Shown: positions 57,562 through 64,000 of the stretch, piece after piece
How the letters are laid out: the number at the start of each line of letters is the position of its first letter
How positions within the stretch are numbered: the first letter of the stretch is position 1
Assembly (NCBI GenBank): GCA_015232575.1
Contig: JADFZL010000026.1
Span: 13,688 to 77,687, forward strand
Direction: 5' to 3'
DNA length: 64,000 nucleotides
Source: Candidatus Rifleibacteriota bacterium
GTDB taxonomy: Bacteria > Muiribacteriota > Ozemobacteria > Ozemobacterales > Ozemobacteraceae
The notes under the pieces: model-generated
What the model saw: the letters and a program-made list of their open reading frames with translations, nothing else
Told to the model about the DNA's origin: nothing
The model's database searches: none
Made by a program: the position numbers and the translations under genes

Positions 57562-58316
57562 AAGCGATTAAATCTGCAAAAATTAGCGAAAATTCAGATT
57601 ACATGAAACAAAATTTATTCAGATCATTCGCTGTTGAAAACAGAGCTTTTACCATTGTTGAGCTTTGTGTAACAATATTGATTGCTGCCTCCATATTGTA
57701 TTTTACTCAAAGTTTTTTTATTTCCGGAGTTAAGCACAGTATTTCAATTACAGAATATCTTGATTCAATTGATCAGGCAAATAAACTGATCTTCTCTATC
57801 CGTCACGATCTTCTCAACTGCAAATCCGTAATAACTCCCGATGATTCCGGAAATCCTATTGAAGCACTTCTGAGCTGTGGTTCGCCAGAACTCCCATCTT
57901 CAGAAACAACGGTATATCCATCCATGCTCATAATCAGCATTGGGGACAACGCAACAATTTCATACCAGATAAACTTTCAAAAGCCTGATGTGACAGGAGT
58001 TGCAAGAATTGAAGAAGAAAAGAAAATAAGTGATAATTCGATATCCAGAAATGTAACCTGGTTTTCGGTTTCAAAAATTCGCACTTTCAAGGTTATTGTA
58101 CTGAAAAACACACATAAAATTGAAAATGTCGGTATGAATACCCGGCATCTTTATCTTGAAATGGAAGTTTGTCCAATGAAAAAATCTGGTGAAACAGATG
58201 AAGAAAATAAAAGGAAGAGTGCAAAACTTATCAATACCATTTCCCCTAATTCATTAGGTTATTCCACCTGGAATTATCATCTTCCAACCAACGGGGAAAG
58301 AATTACGACACCATAA
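57558..58316 (+). CDS. prepilin-type N-terminal cleavage/methylation domain protein (pseudopilin)
   Basis: ...NRA|FTIVELCVTILIAASILYF. The start may be ATG 57603. Confidence 0.65.
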   Translation: MKAIKSAKISENSDYMKQNLFRSFAVENRAFTIVELCVTILIAASILYFTQSFFISGVKHSISITEYLDSIDQANKLIFSIRHDLLNCKSVITPDDSGNPIEALLSCGSPELPSSETTVYPSMLIISIGDNATISYQINFQKPDVTGVARIEEEKKISDNSISRNVTWFSVSKIRTFKVIVLKNTHKIENVGMNTRHLYLEMEVCPMKKSGETDEENKRKSAKLINTISPNSLGYSTWNYHLPTNGERITTP

Positions 58317-58351
58317 TTCATACAATTCAAATAATTACCAGGAGAAAATTT

Positions 58352-58765
58352 ATGAAAATAATATTGTCAATCGTATTATCTTGTTTCATTGCTATTTCAC
58401 CACAAACTGCATCAGCAAGCACTGAGAAGAAAAATCTTTCAGAAGATTGCGATTTATTAATTCCCAATAATACCGGTGGATTAAAAAAAAGAAAAGCAAC
58501 AGAACTTTCAAAGAACAGAAAGCAAAAAGTCCAGGTTAAAACTGTTACTTCAAAAATTAAAGACCCGACAACCGGATTGATTCTTACGATAGAAAGTGTC
58601 ATTCCAATTTACTCAACAGCATCAGACACAGCAAGTATTTTTCAAAACAACGGTTCAGATGATGAAGAAAAAATATCGCCAGAAAAATCAAAACCTTGTC
58701 CATACTTTAAAATGTATTTTTACAATCAAAAATCAAGCAAAATTCTTGTTCCAGGATATAAGTAA
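58352..58765 (+). CDS. small secreted hypothetical protein
   Basis: Signal peptide MKIILSIVLSCFIAISPQTASA. Confidence 0.5.
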   Translation: MKIILSIVLSCFIAISPQTASASTEKKNLSEDCDLLIPNNTGGLKKRKATELSKNRKQKVQVKTVTSKIKDPTTGLILTIESVIPIYSTASDTASIFQNNGSDDEEKISPEKSKPCPYFKMYFYNQKSSKILVPGYK

Positions 58766-58796
58766 TTCTAACGTCGGAATCGGGGAATAATCGCTA

Positions 58797-59876
58797 ATGT
58801 TAAGAAAGATCAACGAAGCAACTTCAGAAGAGAAAATTAAGATTATCAATTCTCTTGAAAAAGACCAGCCCGATGTTGGAATCATTCTGACAGATCTGTT
58901 AAATTCTGCAACCATTGAAAATGCAGTTAAATGTGAGATTCTTAAAGTAGCAGAGAAACTTGGATATTCAAACTTGGTTCCCTGGGCAAAAAACAATGTT
59001 GATTCAACAGACAATTCATTGAAATTTTCCTGTCTGAACTATCTTGCTTGTTATTCCCAATATGACGCAATGCTGACTCTCTACGGTTTTTTAACATCAT
59101 CTGACAATAATAATATCGATATTTCAAAAAGGATTTTATCAATAACCAAATCCAGAAAAATTGTTTCACAGATTTCAGAATTTTTTAATTCTTTTGATGA
59201 CGAAAAACATACTATTGCAAAACTTCTTCTCACAAATCTGGATTTTTCAGATATGAATTTTTGTGAAATTCTTATTGAAGAGTTTTTAAAACAACCTTCA
59301 ACTGACTTTTTTGTTGAAATTCAAATCTTTATGAGAAATCTCAAAATTCAGGATAGATCCAGACTGCTAAACAAACTTGCAGAAGTACCTTCTTTTCCAA
59401 TAAGTAGTGAGGCTCTTCTTTTTAGACACAAACTCATTTCCGACTTCAAGTGCGAAACCTTTCCAGTTGATTCTCCCGCTGAAACGCAAATACGTGAAGT
59501 CTCGAATTCAAAGAAAAACATCTCTCATACTTCAAATATAGCTGCCATTTCTGCAATCATTGTATTAGCAATCATAATTCTTCGCGTTTCTTTTTCGGAG
59601 AACCCAGATCAAAAAGTTTCCAGAAATTATTCCTATCAATTTTCAGAAATCACTTCCAAACCAGTCAAAATGGAAGGAACAGTTGTTGAATACCGCAATC
59701 AGTCAGGTTTATATCTAATTCACATGGAAAAAGGAGGCAACCTCCTTCTTCAGGTTCCCGAACCCATTTCAAAAGGAATACTGTTGCCCCGTGAAAAAAT
59801 TATCTTTTATTTTACTCCGATAAGAGTAAACTCAGAGGGAATAACCATTGCAAAATGTACCAGTGTTTCCTGGTAA
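58797..59876 (+). CDS. hypothetical single-pass membrane protein (helical N-domain, TM, C-terminal beta-rich domain)
   Basis: TM helix IAAISAIIVLAIIIL near aa 240. Confidence 0.5.
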   Translation: MLRKINEATSEEKIKIINSLEKDQPDVGIILTDLLNSATIENAVKCEILKVAEKLGYSNLVPWAKNNVDSTDNSLKFSCLNYLACYSQYDAMLTLYGFLTSSDNNNIDISKRILSITKSRKIVSQISEFFNSFDDEKHTIAKLLLTNLDFSDMNFCEILIEEFLKQPSTDFFVEIQIFMRNLKIQDRSRLLNKLAEVPSFPISSEALLFRHKLISDFKCETFPVDSPAETQIREVSNSKKNISHTSNIAAISAIIVLAIIILRVSFSENPDQKVSRNYSYQFSEITSKPVKMEGTVVEYRNQSGLYLIHMEKGGNLLLQVPEPISKGILLPREKIIFYFTPIRVNSEGITIAKCTSVSW

Positions 59877-59923
59877 AATCATTTTCAATTAATTTATGGG
59901 CTTGTTGTACAATTACATTATCG

Positions 59924-59949
59924 TTAGTCCAAAGACCTTGTGGACGTTT
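59924..59949 (+). repeat. 26-bp direct repeat, left copy (TTAGTCCAAAGACCTTGTGGACGTTT)
   Basis: 24/26 identical to 60827-60852. Confidence 0.8.
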
Positions 59950-60826
59950 GTTAGTATTACGAAATGTGTCAATCTTTTTGAGACAGTTCAAGAAAAAAAT
60001 TCAGGGCAATATCCTGACTGAATAAAGACCTATTCTCCAGATACTTACTTCGCCTCTTGTCGTCATGGACGCCAAAAGCTTACCCTTTTCTATACGAAAT
60101 TTTTTTCTTACTGCCCTCACCTTCGACGAACAGTACGGAATCCTGAATCTGAGGAATGCAAAAGGAGCACCCAATAAACTGACCGATCTTTTCCGCCTCC
60201 CCTTCCTTTTCTTTGAAGTGCTGGCGGCGAAATGCGTGTGACAATTCATACATCGTTCCGTCCTGCCAAACGGCAACGAGACGGTATGCCCAATATGTTC
60301 CGTATCGACCGCTGATCTTTTCCCCCTGGAATCCAAGGCCCAATATGCCTTCAAAGGGCTTGAAGGATAGCTCTCTGGAAAAGCCCCTGAATGAAATAAT
60401 CCCGTAAATGCCTTTGCGTTTCTGGTCAATACAGACATCATCCCGAGCAAAATTCCTGAGAAAGATCAGCAGAATTCCCATTCCCATTACCAAGTGTCCG
60501 AGAGGCGCCCACCACCGGTCGAAAGACGAGGTGTGGGGCATCACGCTCATCAGATAACAATACCCACTGACCCCCAAGACGAGCCAGGGAAGGACAAGCA
60601 GGATTCCCAGACGATGATATCCAAAGCCTATCGTCATTCTGCCTCTGGCTGAATCGAGATGAATTTCTGTCTGAGGTAATACGGTCATCATGATAACATC
60701 CTCCTGAAAATACTCTCCGGTTATACTGCTAGACTTGCAGAACTCACTACAACTTTGATAATTACCCCATTATCAGACAAGTTTTACCTGTTTCGTTTAG
60801 ATCATATTTGTTTTTTAAAATTATCA
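59950..60826. mobile_element. GC-rich (about 50%) 0.9-kb islet bounded by 26-bp direct repeats; candidate horizontally acquired cassette
   Basis: Base composition contrasts sharply with flanks of 35% GC or less. Contains a single gene. No recombinase gene present. Confidence 0.4.
60080..60691 (-). CDS. hypothetical membrane protein (2 TM + soluble domain) within the GC-rich islet
   Basis: 203-aa ORF with GC-rich codon usage. Helices LGILLVLPWLVLGVSGYCYLM and LGHLVMGMGILLIFL. Confidence 0.6.
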   Translation of the reverse strand: MMTVLPQTEIHLDSARGRMTIGFGYHRLGILLVLPWLVLGVSGYCYLMSVMPHTSSFDRWWAPLGHLVMGMGILLIFLRNFARDDVCIDQKRKGIYGIISFRGFSRELSFKPFEGILGLGFQGEKISGRYGTYWAYRLVAVWQDGTMYELSHAFRRQHFKEKEGEAEKIGQFIGCSFCIPQIQDSVLFVEGEGSKKKISYRKG

Positions 60827-60852
60827 TTAGTTCAGAGACCTTGTGGACGTTT
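60827..60852 (+). repeat. 26-bp direct repeat, right copy (TTAGTTCAGAGACCTTGTGGACGTTT)
   Basis: See left copy. Confidence 0.8.
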
Positions 60853-60991
60853 ATACGTTCAGGCTGAAAGTTGCATCTTTTCATGGTGCATCAGGATTAT
60901 CAATGGTCACAACACCTCCTTTTGCATTTTGAGCAGCTTCGGCCTATTTGTGCAATACAGGCATGTCTGAGATTAGACTGTTTTTTCGAAA

Positions 60992-61531
60992 TCACTTTTC
61001 AATATTCACTTCTTTTATTGAGTGTAACATGAAATAGAAATCCAGATATTCATCTTTTACGACTTCTATAATTGCCTTAACCTTTAATTCGGAAAACTTT
61101 CCTGCGTCTTTTGCTTTCTCACCTTTTCGGCCAATATAAGGCTTCAACGCATTGTAAACAAACCATCCCTGATCGCTTCTGAAAGGACCTTGATCGCTAC
61201 GCAATAAACAATCAATTTCTTTCGCATTAGCCTGAAGATATTTCATCGCTTCTAAATCGGGTTTATTTTGCTTTGAAAAACCTGGAACAGGAACACTTTG
61301 CATTGAAACGACTTCGCCTGTTATCCGCTTAACAATTTTAGAGATTGAATAAGCAGAATCGGTTGAATTAAATAGATTGTTACTGATAGCACATTTAACA
61401 TCGGTAATTCTCATAATGACTTCAAAGTAGCTTGTCAGATTGCTTTCTGCATAGCTGATACCATTAATTAGCAACAGTCCAATCACAACCAACGAAACCA
61501 TAACACTTTGGAATTTCTGTCCAGTAAGCAT
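60992..61531 (-). CDS. secreted hypothetical protein
   Basis: Signal peptide (VMVSLVVIGLLLINGISYA). Confidence 0.55.
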   Translation of the reverse strand: MLTGQKFQSVMVSLVVIGLLLINGISYAESNLTSYFEVIMRITDVKCAISNNLFNSTDSAYSISKIVKRITGEVVSMQSVPVPGFSKQNKPDLEAMKYLQANAKEIDCLLRSDQGPFRSDQGWFVYNALKPYIGRKGEKAKDAGKFSELKVKAIIEVVKDEYLDFYFMLHSIKEVNIEK

Positions 61532-61579
61532 ATATTATCTCCTTTATTATTTTTCACCAACTATTATATTAAACAATCC

Positions 61580-61605
61580 ATTTTTTGGATTTGTTCCAAT
61601 TTATT
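61580..61605 (-). promoter_or_regulatory. TTGGAACAAA promoter motif (copy D, minus strand)
   Basis: Minus-strand AAATTGGAACAAATCC lies about 60 nt upstream of ATG 61531. Confidence 0.4.
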
Positions 61606-61850
61606 TTCTTTTTTATTTTGTCCATCGTACAAAGTCATAAATTTCTTCAAACAAATAGGAATGGATGAAAGAAAGCCCAGCGAATCTGCCGACTTCTACA
61701 TTGTCAATATCGCCGGAGTCAAAAAGCTGCCTGGCTTTTTGCTTACTGATTTTTTCCTCGGCTTATGCCAAGTCAACCTGATTCAACCTGATCGGTGATC
61801 TTTAATTTGTTTTCTAATATCATAGGGCACCTCCTTCAATCTCCGCAATA

Positions 61851-62375
61851 GTGATGTCAATATCGGTTGATTGCTATATGTTCATCGGTGAGAAGTTGTT
61901 ATTCGGAAAAAATCTGCCTGAGCTACTCTTTTTAGAGAACCCACTTGATTTTTATTCTATTTTTTGTGCCAAATTTGTGATAAATCCACGCGAGCTTGAT
62001 TGCACAATTTATTTACTCGTTGATTTAGTAGAGCTCGTTTCAGCGGAAGTCGGACGTCTCTGCGGAACAATCTTAAACTTCCGCATTTTGTACAGACCAG
62101 AATGGGAATTTTCTTTCCCTCCTGCACCGGAACAGGAATTCTCGAAGTTTGATACAAAAACATTCGAATTCAAAGAAATTCTTTGCCTCTGCCGGGACTT
62201 AAAAAGCCGTAACATCGTGCCCTCTTCATTGGACAGCGCCAGCGTCATGCAAAAGAACCATGAAGGTTACCCTGAGTCCCATTTAAGTGATTGGCGGTTG
62301 TCAAAGAATCGCTGCAGTGACTTTTTCAGACAACCCTTAAACTGCTGGTTTTGGTGCCTGCAGGGGATGACATAA
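61851..62375 (+). CDS. hypothetical protein (weak)
   Basis: 174-aa ORF with no recognisable features. Competing antisense ORFs exist. Confidence 0.3.
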   Translation: MMSISVDCYMFIGEKLLFGKNLPELLFLENPLDFYSIFCAKFVINPRELDCTIYLLVDLVELVSAEVGRLCGTILNFRILYRPEWEFSFPPAPEQEFSKFDTKTFEFKEILCLCRDLKSRNIVPSSLDSASVMQKNHEGYPESHLSDWRLSKNRCSDFFRQPLNCWFWCLQGMT

Positions 62376-62427
62376 TTTCATGGGCTATTGTACCGCAGAA
62401 AAAAACTTACAAAATAAATAAAATAAA

Positions 62428-62488
62428 AATATTGGAACAAAAAGGAGTATTTTTGCAATTTATTAGGTAGGAAGTAAATTTTCTAATG
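62428..62488 (+). promoter_or_regulatory. TTGGAACAAA promoter motif (copy C), extended 58-bp conserved block
   Basis: AAAAATATTGGAACAAAAAGGAGTATTTTTGCAATTTATTAGGTAGGAAGTAAATTT. Confidence 0.5.
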
Positions 62489-62516
62489 ATATAAATTATT
62501 TCTTGGAGGAAATATA

Positions 62517-63542
62517 ATGTCTATAATAAACAAGATTCTTATTCTTTCCACATTTTTGGGTATTATAGGAAACCTGTTTGCAGTTGAACCGTCATTATTA
62601 GTAAGAAGCTACGTTAATGGAGCAGAAGGAGCTGCTGATGCAACCAATGTTACAAATATGTGGCACCAAACCAATCATTCCGTTCAAGCGCATAGAGGCT
62701 ATACCTATGCAATAGATGCCGCCAAAACTCCCGAAGATATGATCTTGATTATAACTTCAATGTCAGGCCGACAAGAAAGCAGAACTGGAATCGGTTTTCC
62801 ATGCAACTATGCTTACGATAAAATCACCTCAAACCTTGGCGTTTACTTCCGAGATCTTGAAACAGCAAAAACAATATTGTTGATTTCTTCACAAGAGCAC
62901 CGGAGAAACGTCTTTTCTTGCCCCTCCTCGGAAATTCAGAAAAAATGGCAGGATTATCTTGTGGTAAATTATGGAAATTCTTTTCGAGAAGCGATGGATA
63001 ACGCAAAGAGTTTCGCCGAGATTTCCCTTGGCTTTACCATGGCTTTTTGCAAAAGAGCTCGGGAACTTGCGAATACTCCTAAAGAGCTGCATGAAATTTA
63101 TCAATTTCTCTCCTCAGATGAAACTTTAAAAAGAACTCCCCTCTGCAAGGAATTGTTCAAACTTGTCCCGGAAGGCGAAATAGCTTTATCAGAATTCAAT
63201 AAAAATGCCATTGAAGCTTCTCTGATTAAAGAACAAAAAAATCTGGAAATAATTCAGAATCGGATTAAAGTGACTCAAAAAATGCAGGATCCCAACCCAA
63301 GCTTATCGGATAAACTGGCTTATCGCACCACAGGCTTAGGAATGAGAGGTGATCCACCCGAAAAAGTTCTGCCGGTCCTACGGACCAGAGAATCCGAATA
63401 TGAAAATCTGGTAGCAAAACTAACAAAGCAACTTTCGGAACTCAATACCCTTATTGACGAGAAAAAGGAAGAACTTGCCAATTATTCCGCAGTTATTCCG
63501 GTTACAGTTAAAGCTGATGGAAATTCACCATTTGCTGAGTAG
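62517..63542 (+). CDS. secreted hypothetical protein
   Basis: Signal peptide (ILILSTFLGIIGNLFA). GGAGG Shine-Dalgarno. Confidence 0.6.
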   Translation: MSIINKILILSTFLGIIGNLFAVEPSLLVRSYVNGAEGAADATNVTNMWHQTNHSVQAHRGYTYAIDAAKTPEDMILIITSMSGRQESRTGIGFPCNYAYDKITSNLGVYFRDLETAKTILLISSQEHRRNVFSCPSSEIQKKWQDYLVVNYGNSFREAMDNAKSFAEISLGFTMAFCKRARELANTPKELHEIYQFLSSDETLKRTPLCKELFKLVPEGEIALSEFNKNAIEASLIKEQKNLEIIQNRIKVTQKMQDPNPSLSDKLAYRTTGLGMRGDPPEKVLPVLRTRESEYENLVAKLTKQLSELNTLIDEKKEELANYSAVIPVTVKADGNSPFAE

Positions 63543-63784
63543 TTGACGGAATGTATTCACGAGAAAAAAATGAACATGTATTCTAACTTAAACATAAAGG
63601 AGACAAGAGAAAAATTGTATGAAGTACAATGTGGTCAACCAAGTTGTTGCTGAAAAGATTATGAAAGGGAAGTAAAATCGTTCCCCGATTTGGCAGAATA
63701 GTACTAGGCTGCCCAAACTTATCCTAATAAAATTTGGTAATTTTTAGCCTTGACTTTAGGCATCATAAAAAACAGGAGAAACTT

Positions 63785-64000
63785 ATGAATAGCAAAAAAA
63801 TATTCACTGTCAGAATTTCTGCAATTATACTATTAATGATCTCATTCGGATTCAGTACAATACTGTTGTCCAGTGATCTAAATGAATTGGTACACAGCGG
63901 GGGAATATTCGGTGTCAAAGGAGAAATTGAGGTTGTTCTCAAATGGGGAGACCCTGTCCTGCGAAGAGATTCAATTTCAGAAATATATAAAGACAAACCT
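63785..64000 (+). CDS. 3'-partial CDS, secreted or membrane protein (runs off the window)
   Basis: AGGAGA Shine-Dalgarno, then ATG 63785. MNSKKIFTVRISAIILLMISFGFSTILLS... is open to the end of the window. Not in the ORF track because it has no stop. Confidence 0.5.
   Translation, partial: MNSKKIFTVRISAIILLMISFGFSTILLSSDLNELVHSGGIFGVKGEIEVVLKWGDPVLRRDSISEIYKDKP

Noticed and set aside
60755-60970. ORF 60755-60970 spanning the right direct repeat of the islet
   Set aside because: Short, with no Shine-Dalgarno, and it crosses the repeat boundary. Likely spurious.
61721-61740. AAAAAGC-tgcctg-GCTTTTT hairpin as a terminator
   Set aside because: AT-rich 7-bp stem located in a divergent promoter region between gene starts. 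Weak and contextually implausible.

Overview
This is an AT-rich (roughly 35-40% GC by eye) bacterial chromosomal segment with dense coding on both strands. No rRNA, tRNA or CRISPR is visible.

Well-supported genes:
- A 5'-truncated hybrid histidine kinase (HisKA-HATPase-REC-REC-Hpt).
- TrmH/SpoU methyltransferase, an RseC-like protein, an Old Yellow Enzyme (OYE) flavin oxidoreductase, signal peptide peptidase SppA, and a zinc-finger-less J-domain protein.
- Two Amidase_3 cell-wall amidases, one of them an AMIN + LysM AmiC type.
- A methyl-accepting chemotaxis protein (MCP).
- A short flagellar operon: fliL, fliM, fliY (CheC-FliN fusion), cheY, fliO. It ends without fliPQR.
- MutS, UvrC, transketolase and a flavodoxin-like Fe-S flavoprotein.
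- Two tandem paralogous B12-binding radical SAM enzymes.
- Two ECF sigma/zf-HC2 anti-sigma pairs.

Accessory-looking content that stands out:
- Two operons of the same architecture: a large N-terminally anchored protein followed by two prepilin-type pseudopilins. One is at 4239-8538 (- strand), the other at 54330-58316 (+ strand).
- A cluster of secreted proteins downstream of the second ECF sigma pair. Four of its genes share a TTGGAACAAA promoter motif, including the sigma gene itself.
- An about 790-aa secreted protein with a long (GNQSGQ)n Q/N-rich tandem-repeat core and glycine-zipper hydrophobic segments.
- An 18-bp tandem array encoding (MPGMGG) about 12 times inside FliY. There are also low-complexity inserts in FliL and FliM.
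- A lipoprotein with (TDPYNGGTGN)x5.
- Three small families of conserved intergenic elements. The 'X' element has three stem-loops with compensatory changes (2 copies). The 'Y' element has 3 copies, one inverted. An ACGGAA direct-repeat motif sits just downstream of three stop codons.
- An about 0.9-kb GC-rich islet (59924-60852) flanked by 26-bp near-perfect direct repeats, carrying a single membrane-protein gene.
- A cNMP-binding/ParA-MinD-like ATPase fusion.

All calls rest on motif recognition by eye. No database search was possible.
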